A stretch of DNA of 64,000 nt from Candidatus Bathyarchaeota archaeon. Its GTDB lineage: Archaea; Thermoproteota; Bathyarchaeia; Bathyarchaeales; Bathycorpusculaceae. Location of the stretch: positions 64,001-128,000 of the forward strand of contig CAVRFW010000005.1 in NCBI GenBank assembly GCA_963720565.1, read 5' to 3'. A model generated the notes under the pieces. It was not told where the DNA came from, did not search any database, and worked only from the letters and a program-made list of their open reading frames with translations. The translations under genes and the position numbers were made by a program. Of this stretch, positions 39,698 to 50,583 are shown in pieces. Numbering within the stretch: the first letter of the stretch is position 1; the number at the start of each line of letters is the position of its first letter.

Positions 39698-40978
39698 ATG
39701 CCGAAAGCGTATTGGGGCGAGATTAAAGATCCAGTTCACGGCTTCGTGTACATAACTGAAGCCGAAAAAGCTATGATTGATTCCTATCCTGTGCAGAGAC
39801 TGCGCAGGTTAAGGCAGCTCGCAGGCTCGGAGTACGTTTATCCTGGAGCGAACCACACGAGATTCGAGCACTGCATTGGCGTCATGTACCTAGCGGGCAA
39901 AGTTTCTGAGAACCCCTACATTTCCAGAGTCGCAAACGACGAAGAAACAGACATGATTAGAATTGCAGCATTGCTTCACGACGTTGGGCACGGCCCATTT
40001 TCGCATGTCTTTGAACAACTTTCAATAAAGTACCTAAACAAGACGCATGAAGATACAACATCGTGGATTATCAAGGAAAGCGAACTCGGGGAAAAAGTGG
40101 CTAGAATGGGCTATAGACCTGAGGAGGTAAGTGCCCTTGCAGTAGGAAAACTACACAAGCCCGGCAAAGCCTTTCTGGATCAAGTAATTAGCAGCGCAGT
40201 CGACGTGGACAAACAAGACTACATCGTGAGGGATACATTCCACACCGGGGCGGAGTATGGTTTCATCGATGTGTTCAGACTGATTCACGCCTTGGATGTG
40301 CTGGGAGAGAACTTGGCAGTTGAAGTAGGTGCGCTTTCAGCGTTGGAGGCTTTCATCATCGCGAGAATTGAATCATTTAAGAGCATCTATTTTCACCGGG
40401 TCGGACGAGCAGCGCAGATAATGCTTGCGACTGCAATGGAGAAGGCGAATGGCACGTTAGGATTGACGGCGTTCAAAACGCCTAACGAGTACTTGGAGAT
40501 GGATGATTACTCGGTATGGTCGGCTTTGAAGCGTTGTGAGAAATCGAAGGAAATCATGGCGGATTTAGAGCAGCGTAAGATGCTGAAGTGCGCGTACGAG
40601 AGGACGTTCTATGAGAAAGACACAATGATTTCGAATATATTCGTACGTGAAGCAAGCAGAATACAGATGCAAACGGAGATTGCGAAAGAGGCGGGAGTAG
40701 ACGCGGAGGCAGTCGTGATTGATGTGCCAGCAGTGCCGTCTGTGCCGTATCATCATGCCGTGTTAATGCAAGAGATGGAGATTCCTGTGTTCAGCAGAAC
40801 CCAAGCGGGCGGCAAGGAACTACAAAGACTAAGCGAGATATCGAAGATTTTTGAAACGCTGAAGGGTTTCATCAACATACTCCGGGTTTACACCAACAGT
40901 ACTGACCGCGAACGAGTAGAGAAGGCTTCAGCAAAGATTCTGGGCAAGATTCCGTCAGCCTCAAAGATCTCTTTCTAA
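39698..40978 (+). CDS. HD-domain phosphohydrolase (dNTPase/SAMHD1-like)
   Basis: IKDPVHG, QRLRRLRQL, HTRFEH, LLHDVGHGPFSH. Confidence 0.9.
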   Translation: MPKAYWGEIKDPVHGFVYITEAEKAMIDSYPVQRLRRLRQLAGSEYVYPGANHTRFEHCIGVMYLAGKVSENPYISRVANDEETDMIRIAALLHDVGHGPFSHVFEQLSIKYLNKTHEDTTSWIIKESELGEKVARMGYRPEEVSALAVGKLHKPGKAFLDQVISSAVDVDKQDYIVRDTFHTGAEYGFIDVFRLIHALDVLGENLAVEVGALSALEAFIIARIESFKSIYFHRVGRAAQIMLATAMEKANGTLGLTAFKTPNEYLEMDDYSVWSALKRCEKSKEIMADLEQRKMLKCAYERTFYEKDTMISNIFVREASRIQMQTEIAKEAGVDAEAVVIDVPAVPSVPYHHAVLMQEMEIPVFSRTQAGGKELQRLSEISKIFETLKGFINILRVYTNSTDRERVEKASAKILGKIPSASKISF

Positions 40979-41093
40979 TCCATGACAAAGCAGTCGCTCC
41001 CCTGTTAACAAACAACAGAGCATGTTATTTTTGCTAGCATCATGGTTAAAATAGGCGAGAGCACAAATGGATTAAACGCGACAAACCAAAACG

Positions 41094-41609
41094 GTGGAAA
41101 CGCATTTGGAAAAAAGCGCCAAGAACGTTGAAAGCAGGAAAATCATCAAAGTCAAGATTCCCAAAAAACAGGAGCAGACTGCAGCAATCTTCTCACAGAA
41201 AGAAATAAGACGCTTTGTAGCCGAGTTCGTCGCATCTTGGATCAGAGGCGACATCACAATCCGTTTTCCTACAGCTACCGAATTGGCTAAGAAAGCTCCT
41301 TTGGCCATAGCGTTTCCCACGGACCCATCGGTGGACGCGGAACTGAAAATAAAAGAACACTACATTGATTTGCTGTCAGTCTGCGCTGGCACCAAACCCG
41401 CCACGGCTGAGGAACAAGAAAAAGCCGTGACTGAGACATTCCGGATGCTACTAATGTTCCGCTCTGCAAACAGAATAGAAGGCAAAATAATATCTAACGA
41501 CTTAGAGAAGAGGATTGAAGAGCTTGAGAAGACTACAAAGTCTACGGGTAAGCTCGTAGAACAAATAACAGGATATTTGTTCAAGCCCGCAAAAGACGCA
41601 ACGAAATAG
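41094..41609 (+). CDS. Hypothetical protein
   Basis: 171-aa ORF. Confidence 0.6.
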   Translation: METHLEKSAKNVESRKIIKVKIPKKQEQTAAIFSQKEIRRFVAEFVASWIRGDITIRFPTATELAKKAPLAIAFPTDPSVDAELKIKEHYIDLLSVCAGTKPATAEEQEKAVTETFRMLLMFRSANRIEGKIISNDLEKRIEELEKTTKSTGKLVEQITGYLFKPAKDATK

Positions 41610-41803
41610 TCTCGATGGAAGGCAACGCCCGGGAATCGCACAATCAAGTTTCCAGAGAGGATGCGTCAGGACCGCGCTCGCTAGAGGAAAGTAAATTAAT
41701 GTTTGCCTGATTTGAATACGTGCGCTAAAGCGGAAAATACTCAGTAGCTATATATAGAAAGCAGAAATAGCTTCTGAAGGCTCGGAAAGTAACATATCCA
41801 AGT

Positions 41804-41881
41804 GCTCCGGTAGTATAGTCCGGTCAAGTATTCCGGCCTTTCGAGCCGAAGACCCGGGTCCGAATCCCGGCCGGAGCACCA
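41804..41881 (+). tRNA. tRNA-Glu(TTC), CCA encoded
   Basis: GCTCCGG...CGGC-CTTTCGA-GCCG...CCGGG-TCCGAAT-CCCGG-CCGGAGC-A-CCA. Confidence 0.93.
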
Positions 41882-42080
41882 AAAAAATTCCTAATTCAAA
41901 CAAGTTTTGCCAGTTTAAAACTAGCTTTAACGTTTTCAAAAGACAAGTATTTGTTTCTCCAATACGCGTCGGGTGAATATTTGAAACTTATCAAAACAGT
42001 AACAACGCCTTGACGATATTCCGAACTCTGATTATGCTCGAATAACAGAGAATCAGCAAAGAAAGAAGAAGAGAAGCTGC

Positions 42081-42485
42081 TTATTTCAGTGGAACATACA
42101 TCGAAGACCGTGATGCACCGATACCCGGAGTTCCATGGCGCACGGGTTTGTTTGTTATTGCAAACTCGCCAAGGAAATGGCCAATCATGTCGGGTTTTAT
42201 GTCCACTCCGACAAATTCTTTTCCGTTGTGGACCATGATCTTCGCGCCAACCATCTCCGGAAGTATGATTAAGTCTCGCACATGTGTCTTCAGAGCGTTG
42301 TCTTTGCCTTTTTTGGCAGCTTCGTTTGCTGCTCGCATCTTCTCCAGCAGAATACGCTGTTCGGGCGTCAAACCTCGCTGCAGACTTCGCCTTTGCCTCG
42401 AAGGAAGCAGAGTAATAAACTCATCCATAGACATCGCTTGCAAGCTTTCAAGCGAGTGACCACGATACATGAATTCTTTCGGCAT
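42081..42485 (-). CDS. rps19: 30S ribosomal protein S19
   Basis: [21 protein letters not shown]. Confidence 0.96.
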   Translation of the reverse strand: MPKEFMYRGHSLESLQAMSMDEFITLLPSRQRRSLQRGLTPEQRILLEKMRAANEAAKKGKDNALKTHVRDLIILPEMVGAKIMVHNGKEFVGVDIKPDMIGHFLGEFAITNKPVRHGTPGIGASRSSMYVPLK

Positions 42486-42534
42486 TCTTCACTCAACTCC
42501 TAAACCCAATTCTTCAAATGCTATAAACGTTCCG

Positions 42535-43278
42535 TCACCGAACTATTCTTTTCTTCTTTCTTCCCGCACCTCTGGCAGCAATCAACCCTACTTTCTGCCC
42601 TGGCGGAGCACCGTGAGAAGTCGTCGTGCCTTTCCGTGCGCTACGCTTACTACTACCGTACGGGTGCACGGCAGCAACCATTTTTCTCCCGCTGGTTCTC
42701 GGATACTTGTGACCCTTCGCCTTCATCCAATGAAACATCTCACCGGCTTTCAAGAAAGGTTTCTCTTGACGACCAGAACCAGACACAACGCCCACGGTAG
42801 CCATGCAATAATCGTTAACATATCTAATGCGTCCAGAAGGCAACTTAATCATTGCCCCTTGAGGAGTGTGCCCCACAACGGTAGCATACGCACCCGAAGA
42901 CCGGGCAAGCTTCCCACCGTCACCGGGACGAAGCTCAAGATTACAAACCAAGGTTCCCTCTGGAATCTTTCCCAAAGGTATGATATTGCCAATCTCGGCA
43001 GGGGCTTTACCGCCCAATGCAATCTGTTGCCCCTGAAATGTTCCTTCAGGAGTAACGGTGTAACATGAGGTTCCATTCTGGAATTTCACAAACGCTAATG
43101 GTGAACCACGACCTGGATCATGAACAAGCGCTTCCACAACGCCAATTATTGAGGATTCAAAAGACTCTTTCGGAGTAATAGTTGGCGGATATCGAGCAGG
43201 GGCAACTCTCTTGTGAGTCGACGCCCTATAAGTTGAACCGCCACGACCGCGTCTTTGAACACGAATTCTTTTTCCCAT
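42535..43278 (-). CDS. rpl2: 50S ribosomal protein L2
   Basis: MGKRIRVQRRG, HDPGRG, GDGGKLARSSG. Confidence 0.96.
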   Translation of the reverse strand: MGKRIRVQRRGRGGSTYRASTHKRVAPARYPPTITPKESFESSIIGVVEALVHDPGRGSPLAFVKFQNGTSCYTVTPEGTFQGQQIALGGKAPAEIGNIIPLGKIPEGTLVCNLELRPGDGGKLARSSGAYATVVGHTPQGAMIKLPSGRIRYVNDYCMATVGVVSGSGRQEKPFLKAGEMFHWMKAKGHKYPRTSGRKMVAAVHPYGSSKRSARKGTTTSHGAPPGQKVGLIAARGAGRKKKRIVR

Positions 43279-43300
43279 TAAACCATACCTTCATTAAATG

Positions 43301-43562
43301 TTACAGGATACCAAGTTTTATAGCTACATCTGATGCCTTGATACTCTGGCTTGAGCTTAACGAAGGCTTTCTTCTCTCCGTGCGGAGTTACCAACAAAGT
43401 AACATTGGCAACCTTTACCTCGTAAAGCTGCTCCACCGCCCGCTTGATATCGGCCTTACCGGCCCTGATATCAACAACAAACAATAGCTTGTTGTCTTTT
43501 TCAACCATCAAACTGGCGGATTCCGTCATCAAAGGATAAAATATAACCTCATTTGGATTCAT
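43301..43562 (-). CDS. rpl23: 50S ribosomal protein L23 (1-nt insertion ~43341)
   Basis: [12 protein letters not shown]; corrected end [12 protein letters not shown]. Confidence 0.93.
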
Positions 43563-44356
43563 TACTTGTCTCCGCCCCCACCATAAAGTCTATCCAGTTG
43601 CCCGACTGCGCTGTTAGTCCAAAGTGTCAACCTTCCAGCGTGCGTGCCCGGAGCTAACATTTCCGCATTAAGAGCATCAACCTTGGCCACATCCAATCCA
43701 GGTATGTTGCCAGCAGCGTCAGCCAAACCCTTGTTTTCCCCGATTATGATAAGGGGTCCGACAGCCTGCTTCATTTTTCTCCCTCTGCGTTTGCCCTTGC
43801 CAGCGCGAATACTCGTGCTGTCTCTGACACGAGAAACATCTAGCATTAAGCCCAAGTGCAGGAGGGCTTCCTCCACGTCTTTGGTCTTAGTCAAAGTTTC
43901 GATATCATCTGTGACTACAAGTGGGATTTGAGGGACATCCTCCACTTGGTGTCCTCGTTTGGTCACTGTTTCTTTAGAAGCGGTAGCTGCTATAGCAGAT
44001 CGCAATGCCAAGCGCGCTTCTTTCTTGGGAATATACTTTACTATCTTCTTTTCAATTTTTGGCGGGTGAGCCTGACGTCCACCGACGGTTCCAGGCGCAA
44101 CAGCACCTCTCCCGCTTCCGCCTTTGATGCGCGGTATCCTGGCGATTCCACTGCCTGTGCCCCGTGATTCTGCACTGGTGCGTTTGCCAGCCATTTTGTC
44201 TCTGCCCTGTGGTTGGCGCTTGCGAGATTGAATCGAGAGTACAGCACGTTTTATCACGTCTGGCCTTAGCGGAGTTTTGAAAACCGAGGGAAGCTTTGTC
44301 TTGCCAGTTGCTTTGCCGTTTAAGTCGTATATATTGACGGTTCTTTGTTGGGGCAT
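43562..44356 (-). CDS. rpl4: 50S ribosomal protein L4
   Basis: [29 protein letters not shown]. Confidence 0.96.
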   Translation of the reverse strand: MPQQRTVNIYDLNGKATGKTKLPSVFKTPLRPDVIKRAVLSIQSRKRQPQGRDKMAGKRTSAESRGTGSGIARIPRIKGGSGRGAVAPGTVGGRQAHPPKIEKKIVKYIPKKEARLALRSAIAATASKETVTKRGHQVEDVPQIPLVVTDDIETLTKTKDVEEALLHLGLMLDVSRVRDSTSIRAGKGKRRGRKMKQAVGPLIIIGENKGLADAAGNIPGLDVAKVDALNAEMLAPGTHAGRLTLWTNSAVGQLDRLYGGGGDK

Positions 44357-44372
44357 AATCTAATCTCCAGAG

Positions 44373-45386
44373 CTATTTTCCTTGGGGCGAATCGAGTGAT
44401 ATATGTGTGATTTGCGGTGCCTGCTCGATTGCTTCTCGAGGCGGGCGCGCGGGATAGCGCAGTCGAATCAAACGTTTTTCAGGACCTGCCACACTACCTT
44501 CGATAACCATGTAGGGTCCTTTAACGGGACCGTACCGGATGAATCCACCCTTAACGGTGATTTCTTTGCCGTCTTTGCCAATTTTCAAAATGCGTTTATT
44601 GTATTCTATACGCTGATGGTAACCCATTTGTCCGGCTCGTGCAACCGAGTACATTATGTGATGCGGATTCCATGGTCCAAGAGTCCCGATGCCGCGCTTG
44701 GTTTTTCTACCTTTGTGTTGGAGTACGCCTACCCCCCAACGTTTAACAGGTCCTTGAAAGCCTTTGCCCGTTGTTATTGCAGCACTATCTGCGTATTGCC
44801 CATCTTTGAAGACCTCTTCCGGTGTAACCGTTTTCCCCAGGAGAGCCTTAGCATATTCAAATTGCTGTGGGATTGTGCCTCCGCCAATTTCGATTTCAGT
44901 AATGTCCGGTTTCTTCTTCGCTATGTTAGTCTGTTTGGGTTGTGTAATTGCGATTACGCGGACATTTGAGGTTTTGTCGAGGTCCTTTTCGAGTTTCTGG
45001 ATCATGTCCTCTGTGTTAAAGTTTTCCGGCAGGACCAATGTCCGGTCGAGATCAGAGGGTGGTTCTTTCATCCAAGCTTCAGTCAGGTGCTGCAAGCCAT
45101 AAGGCGTTTTTGTGTAAGTCCTTATTCCGCATATCAAAATTGGAGGCGTATCCAGAATCGTGCATGCCCGCATGATTTCTTTGCCAAAATTAGGGCTACG
45201 TTTTCGATCTTCTATGGTAAAGACGTAGGTCATACCTGCTTTGAAAGCTGTGAAGCCTAGAAGCCTAGGTTGATCAGCGCTAATTTTTGGCCAGTGACGA
45301 ATTCTCGCGACTGGATTTTTGGCGCGGTGTCTAGGCAAATAAGCGAGTGACCCGCGTCTTGGGGCGTGTTTTTTTCTATGTCCCAT
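44373..45386 (-). CDS. rpl3: 50S ribosomal protein L3
   Basis: PRRGSL, KAGMT, GKGFQGPVKRWG. Confidence 0.96.
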   Translation of the reverse strand: MGHRKKHAPRRGSLAYLPRHRAKNPVARIRHWPKISADQPRLLGFTAFKAGMTYVFTIEDRKRSPNFGKEIMRACTILDTPPILICGIRTYTKTPYGLQHLTEAWMKEPPSDLDRTLVLPENFNTEDMIQKLEKDLDKTSNVRVIAITQPKQTNIAKKKPDITEIEIGGGTIPQQFEYAKALLGKTVTPEEVFKDGQYADSAAITTGKGFQGPVKRWGVGVLQHKGRKTKRGIGTLGPWNPHHIMYSVARAGQMGYHQRIEYNKRILKIGKDGKEITVKGGFIRYGPVKGPYMVIEGSVAGPEKRLIRLRYPARPPREAIEQAPQITHISLDSPQGK

Positions 45387-45650
45387 TGTAATTCCGCTTC
45401 GCGAAGCTTAGCAATGAGAAAATAGAGTTATAAACGTTGCCATCGCCTTTTCTGTTTAGTTTGCTGCGTTTCTCTTGCTAATTTTGAATTCCCTTTAAAA
45501 ATACCGTACGGTAAAAACTTGAACCCTCGCTTAGGCTTAACAAAACCCCAGCGGGGTTTAGAATGAATGTTTGACAGCGTCTCATGTCAAACGCATTGTT
45601 GCTACAGAAGGAATCGGTAAACCTCTCAAAAACTGGCAGGTAAATGTAGG

Positions 45651-46079
45651 CTAAGCGCTGTAGTCTCTCTCTAGCGGCTTGGAACTCGGGGTTTTCGCTT
45701 CAGGTATCTGGGGCAAGGGTATGGGCGGAGGGATGTTCAAGGTCCTTGAAATAAGCACGGATTCTATGAAAACGACGTTTGATATTGACTGCACTATTAT
45801 CGGAGGAGGCGGTTTCTTATCCTCATATTGTTTAAGGATATTGTCAATTTCGTTCTTGTCGCCAGTAGCGTAGGCGCTTCCTTTCAGGCTAATCTGAGCC
45901 AGTGAAGGATTATAGTTAATTGTCAATACAAAAGGAATTTCCAGCGTACCGTCAGACTTCTTCTCCATACTTACAACGTTGATATTAGTGCTTATCTGGA
46001 TAGGCGGAATAGGTTTTCTGATATCCCAGAAACGTTCCGCTGAAATGCTGGATATTGCAACGTTAACTCGCATCATCAA
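45651..46079 (-). CDS. Conserved archaeal hypothetical protein
   Basis: 142-aa ORF ending NIPPPIPLP. Confidence 0.7.
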   Translation of the reverse strand: MMMRVNVAISSISAERFWDIRKPIPPIQISTNINVVSMEKKSDGTLEIPFVLTINYNPSLAQISLKGSAYATGDKNEIDNILKQYEDKKPPPPIIVQSISNVVFIESVLISRTLNIPPPIPLPQIPEAKTPSSKPLERDYSA

Positions 46080-46127
46080 AGGTCATCAATGTAACAACAA
46101 GCGAAGAATTTAAAACTGCTTGTAGCG

Positions 46128-46403
46128 TTAGGCACGCTTGTATCGCGTGAAGCCGCAATGTCCGCAGGTGTATCTATCGTTGTGATCAGCCATGAAGTAT
46201 CCAGGACCGCACCGCTCGCATGTTGGGCGTAGTCTCGTGACTTTGTCGTTTTCCGTCTTGTACATGGCGTGGACGCCTTTCTGCTGTTTTTTCTTCTTTT
46301 CAGTTTTCGGCTTCTCAGATTTCTGAGGTTTAACTTCCGCTTTCTTCTCTTCCTTCTTTGGCTCTGTCGGCTTTTCTTCCTTGCTAACTGCTTTCTTAGA
46401 CAC
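46128..46403 (-). CDS. rps27ae: 30S ribosomal protein S27ae
   Basis: CERCGPGYFMADH...CGHC; K/E-rich N-extension. Confidence 0.93.
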   Translation of the reverse strand: MSKKAVSKEEKPTEPKKEEKKAEVKPQKSEKPKTEKKKKQQKGVHAMYKTENDKVTRLRPTCERCGPGYFMADHNDRYTCGHCGFTRYKRA

Positions 46404-46405
46404 TA

Positions 46406-46726
46406 CTAAGTTGCCTCTTCTTTTGGTTTTTCTGGTGGGCTGTTACGTTTCAGTATGTATTCTGGCTCGATGCGTTTCGCCTGCTCAACAGACTCGTAGA
46501 CATTGGCAAAACCAACAGTAGTATGTGTTCCCGTAAGAGTCTTCATCTTCTTTACTAAAACAAGATCATCGCTTACCTTAAGTTCAATAGCTAAGGCTTT
46601 CTTGACTTCAAGCCTCAGCGGTGTTTTCATTTGTGGTGCCTGTTCTATCTTGAAGTTTACTTCTTTCCGTTTCAGAAGCGGATTCTCTTTCTTTGTGATT
46701 ATTTTGATGTCCATTTGCTGTTTCAC
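46406..46726 (-). CDS. rps24e: 30S ribosomal protein S24e
   Basis: ENPLLKRKE, IEPEYILKRN. Confidence 0.92.
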   Translation of the reverse strand: MKQQMDIKIITKKENPLLKRKEVNFKIEQAPQMKTPLRLEVKKALAIELKVSDDLVLVKKMKTLTGTHTTVGFANVYESVEQAKRIEPEYILKRNSPPEKPKEEAT

Positions 46727-46761
46727 TTGCTTAAGGGTGTTGAGTTCAAACGAGTTTCTTC

Positions 46762-47295
46762 TTATTTAGCTTTTCTAACACTTTTCATGGCTTTTAGAAA
46801 ATCCGCCACTCTGGCTTTTTTCTCCGGAGTCACTTTGACAATCACTATACCCTCTCGGGGTTGCCCATAAACAACCAAGGAATTTTCAGGCGCATAGAGA
46901 ACGGTAATAAGAACCAAGTAAATCTTCTTCCCCTTCGACAATTATCTGGACGCGCTTGCCTTCATCGAACGCCATTCCCTTATCGCTGAAATTGCCTCGT
47001 CAGTTATTGTTCCCCTTGGATTCGACACCTGAATCACGTTTTTCGCAACAGCCTTTGGTGCTATTCTTCGCCTCATACACTTGTTATCGATAATGGACAC
47101 CTGAGGGGGCATCTTGAAATCAACAAGATTTCTCGAGACTCTGTCACCAACAGAAATTATCATGGGGGGCAGTTCTTTCTTCAACAGTTTGGTCATTACC
47201 GCCATGGTTTCAGTATACGAACCCACAACTAGAACGCCAAAAGGCTGCTTAAACCTAATACGCAGTTCCGGCGTAACTCTGTAGGCAACAGCCAT
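46762..47295 (-). CDS. GTP-dependent dephospho-CoA kinase (DUF359), frameshifted ~46920-46970
   Basis: SVGD, IIDNKCMR, NPRGTIT, then VEGEED and YGQP in other frames. Confidence 0.85.
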
Positions 47296-47374
47296 TTTTC
47301 ATTTCAACTCTATAATAAGGCAGTATAGCCCAAAGTGATTACTTTGGAGACAGGTGAATTGAATTTGGGTTTAG

Positions 47375-47560
47375 TCATCTGACTTTTAAGGCATAACGAC
47401 CTTTTTCTTTAATGGTCATGGCTTTTGCAATAACCGAGTCTCCGGGTTCGAACACTATAGCTATTCCGGCGAAGTCTTCACTTAGACTGGTTGACCTGCA
47501 TTTTGGGCAAACGTTTTCTTTGGTTATGAAGTGGCAATTAGTGCATGCTTTTTCGTTCAT
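47375..47560 (-). CDS. spt4: Transcription elongation factor Spt4 (RpoE'')
   Basis: ACTNC...CPKC...GRYALKVR. Confidence 0.93.
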   Translation of the reverse strand: MNEKACTNCHFITKENVCPKCRSTSLSEDFAGIAIVFEPGDSVIAKAMTIKEKGRYALKVR

Positions 47561-47571
47561 CCAAGTCACTC

Positions 47572-48174
47572 CTACGCCGCACTTGTTTCTTCTTTGCTTT
47601 CCGTTGGCTTCTTCTCTGGCGCCTCTTTCTCTTTGGACGTTTCAAGTTTGAGCCAGTCCAGCTTGCCTAGAAAAGGCTGTCTCGCCGTAACCCCAATTTT
47701 CCCAGAGCTCCCAGCTCTACCGAAAGAAACAGCTGTAATTCTCACACGCACCTGATCACCAGCCACGAGTTTTCTCTTTGTCTCCTTTCCCAGCAAGACC
47801 CCTTGTTTCTCATCATAGGAAATATAGTCGTCCATGAGCTGTGATACGTGTAACAAAGCATCCACTGGACCAATTCGCAAAAATGCGCCGAAATCCGCGA
47901 TTTCGACCACGTCTCCCTCCACTATTTCCTGAAGTACAGGAGAAAACGTCAAAAGAGAAAAGTTCACTTTGTGATAAGTAGCACCGTCACCAGGAATAAT
48001 CTTCCCGATTGGGCTCACTTCAACTTTAGTCACCGCTATTACGTAGCCTAATTCTTCGTCCACTAAGCCTTCGTATTTGACCTTGACTTGGTCACGTCCC
48101 ACTTTTTCAAGAGGGTTACCGAAGGTATCGGGTGGAATGCGTATTGTATCCTGAAGAGTTACAAGTTTAAACAT
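47572..48174 (-). CDS. rpo7: RNA polymerase subunit Rpo7 (RpoE')
   Basis: IPGDGA, FGAFLRIGPVDALLHVSQ, RQPFLGK. Confidence 0.95.
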   Translation of the reverse strand: MFKLVTLQDTIRIPPDTFGNPLEKVGRDQVKVKYEGLVDEELGYVIAVTKVEVSPIGKIIPGDGATYHKVNFSLLTFSPVLQEIVEGDVVEIADFGAFLRIGPVDALLHVSQLMDDYISYDEKQGVLLGKETKRKLVAGDQVRVRITAVSFGRAGSSGKIGVTARQPFLGKLDWLKLETSKEKEAPEKKPTESKEETSAA

Positions 48175-48178
48175 CGAG

Positions 48179-48586
48179 CTAGACCATTCCGTCAATCGCA
48201 AGATGCGATTTTTGTCTCACATAAATCACTGGCACACTTATATCTCTTAGCCTCTTCTTAAGCTGCCTATCATTGGTGAAGACTGGAGTGCCCCATTCTT
48301 TGGCTATTCGAGCAATAACGTCATCAACAAGAGAAGGGGGAGCAGCCTCAACGGCAACACATCTGCATTTTTCGGCAAGTTGCAAGGCGTAACGAGCTGT
48401 TTTGCGGAGTTTAGGCGAACGATTAAGAGCCAGCAGTTCCATTTCCTTTTTAACTGGCGAGAGCAAAATCAACTCAAAATTTCTCTGCAATAACTGTTCT
48501 AGTTCGGCAAAAACATCTATTCTGAACTGAAGCGGAACAAACAGGGCATTTGAATCCATAATCACCTTCACGGGTTCTCTTTGCAC
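48179..48586 (-). CDS. PIN-domain protein (Utp24/Fcf1-like)
   Basis: VIMDSNAL, VDD, TNDRQLKKRL; conserved context aIF2g-PIN-rpoE. Confidence 0.85.
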   Translation of the reverse strand: MQREPVKVIMDSNALFVPLQFRIDVFAELEQLLQRNFELILLSPVKKEMELLALNRSPKLRKTARYALQLAEKCRCVAVEAAPPSLVDDVIARIAKEWGTPVFTNDRQLKKRLRDISVPVIYVRQKSHLAIDGMV

Positions 48587-48778
48587 GTGGTTATTCCCTC
48601 CTGAACAATAATCCAACTGGACTGAGATTCTGTACACTCTCTACCGCTTCTCTGTCTGCAAACTTAACTGTTTTCCTCCGAACCTTCATATTTTTCAATC
48701 AACTTAACCGCAGAGTTGCACATCACTTTTAAAGCACCACCGCTTAAATGAGCAGAACAAAAGAAGTGATAAGAGCCT

Positions 48779-49195
48779 GTGTTCCGCGAAAAATCTTGTG
48801 GCGCCGTGGTTTATCTAAAGAAAGACAACACCGTAAACTATCTTCTCCTTCACTACGAAGCTGGACACTGGGACTTCGTCAAAGGAAACGTAGAGCCAAA
48901 CGAAAGCGAAAAAAGCACGGTCCTGCGAGAGCTGCAAGAAGAAACAGGCATAGTTGATGCCCAATTCATAGAAGGCTTCAAAGAGAGAGTAGAATACTTC
49001 TATAGAAGACAGGGAGCAACAATCCATAAAGAAGTAATATTCTACCTCATGGAAACCCACACCGAAAAGGTGGAGTTATCGTTCGAGCATGTGGGATTCG
49101 TCTGGCTGGATTACCAGCATGCAATCGAGAAACTTAACTTTAGTAACGCTAAGAAGGTACTTCAAAAAGCACAAGAGTTCTTGGTTGCTCAGTGA
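48779..49195 (+). CDS. NUDIX hydrolase (Ap4A hydrolase-like)
   Basis: KGNVEPNE...RELQEETG, LSFEH. Confidence 0.9.
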   Translation: MFREKSCGAVVYLKKDNTVNYLLLHYEAGHWDFVKGNVEPNESEKSTVLRELQEETGIVDAQFIEGFKERVEYFYRRQGATIHKEVIFYLMETHTEKVELSFEHVGFVWLDYQHAIEKLNFSNAKKVLQKAQEFLVAQ

Positions 49196-49238
49196 AACGT
49201 TGAGCCCTCGGATTGCGCGTGCTCATCGAGCTTGATTC

Positions 49239-50510
49239 TCACTTGGACTTTTCGATTATAAGACCATAGCCTATGAGCCGCCAGCGCGCCGTAATCTTCC
49301 TGCTAATCGCGACTCTAGCTCCAGGCTGCGCACAAACAGGTCTTGTAAGCTTAACCTTAACTACGTTGCCTTTAACCGAAAGCACTTTCCCTATGTTCAC
49401 CGCGTTGCCCACATGAAGCAGCAACGATTCTTCAAGGTTAATCCTTTCAATTTTTGATAGTTCCTTTGTACCAACTGCTCTCTCTAAAATACGAGTCTCC
49501 AAAGTCAACTCGGTCAAAATTGGCGGCAACAAACCTACCTTTCCCGCTATGTTACCAGTTAAACCGTCAGCTTTTGAAGAGGAAGGATCTAAAAGAGTCC
49601 CAACCCCTACCAAACCGCCACATGAAGCTTCCTTTACGCTTTTCTCGCCCGCGTGCAAACTAACGATTTCGCTAATCAACGGGTCATATACTGTTTTGCC
49701 TTCTCTTTCAGCGCTTATACCAGGGCGTATTTCTATTTCTTCTCCGACGGCAAATTTTCCTTGAGCTATGGTTCCTCCTATGATTCCGCCCTCAAGATCC
49801 TCTATTAAGGTCCCAGGCTTGTTGGTGTCGAAGGAACGAATAATGTACATGAGAGGAGGTTTCGTTTCGTCCCTTTCAGGAGTAGGGATAAGCTCAGACA
49901 TGGCGTGGAGAAGCACATCGACGTTATAGCCGTGCTGTGCCGAAATTGGAATAATGGGCGCGTTTTCCGCTACTGTCCCCTTAACAAAACTTTTTATTTC
50001 CTCATAACTCTTACGAGCTCTCTTCTCATCAACAATGTCAATCTTGTTTTGAACTATAATTATGTTTTTTATTCCGACCACTTCAGCGGCAGCCAGATGC
50101 TCTCTCGTTTGGGGTTGAGGACAGGGTTCATCGGCAGCAATTACGAGTATAGCCCCATCCATTATGGCTGCTCCCGAAAGCATTGTAGCCATCAAAGCCT
50201 CATGACCGGGAGCATCTACGAAACTGACTGCACGCACGAAAACAGCTTCAGAAGCGCAGTTGGGACAAATTGGTGCATTTGAATAATTCTTCGGCGCTTC
50301 GCAATTTGGGCACTTGAAGATGGGCATGTCAGCGTAACCCAGTTTTATGGTGATGCCACGCTTGAGCTCTTCACTGTGGCGAGAAGCCCAAACACCAGTC
50401 AAGGACTGAACTAACGTCGTTTTTCCATGATCAACATGACCTATTGTGCCAATGTTGACCTCCGGCTTTTTCAGCAAAGCTTTACTGGGGTTGCTCATTT
50501 TCTCTTCCAC
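49239..50510 (-). CDS. eif2g: Translation initiation factor 2 gamma
   Basis: GHVDHGKT, RGITIKLGY, DAPGH, QNKID. Confidence 0.97.
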   Translation of the reverse strand: MEEKMSNPSKALLKKPEVNIGTIGHVDHGKTTLVQSLTGVWASRHSEELKRGITIKLGYADMPIFKCPNCEAPKNYSNAPICPNCASEAVFVRAVSFVDAPGHEALMATMLSGAAIMDGAILVIAADEPCPQPQTREHLAAAEVVGIKNIIIVQNKIDIVDEKRARKSYEEIKSFVKGTVAENAPIIPISAQHGYNVDVLLHAMSELIPTPERDETKPPLMYIIRSFDTNKPGTLIEDLEGGIIGGTIAQGKFAVGEEIEIRPGISAEREGKTVYDPLISEIVSLHAGEKSVKEASCGGLVGVGTLLDPSSSKADGLTGNIAGKVGLLPPILTELTLETRILERAVGTKELSKIERINLEESLLLHVGNAVNIGKVLSVKGNVVKVKLTRPVCAQPGARVAISRKITARWRLIGYGLIIEKSK

Positions 50511-50583
50511 AAATGAATTATGAATTATTGAAGAAGTAAATGGCGGGCAGTTAATAAGTTTTAAGCACTCAAAAAGAGAAGGC

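Noticed and set aside
41881..42485. S10-like operon ending at rps19 without rpl22
   Set aside because: Splits in this cluster are common among archaea
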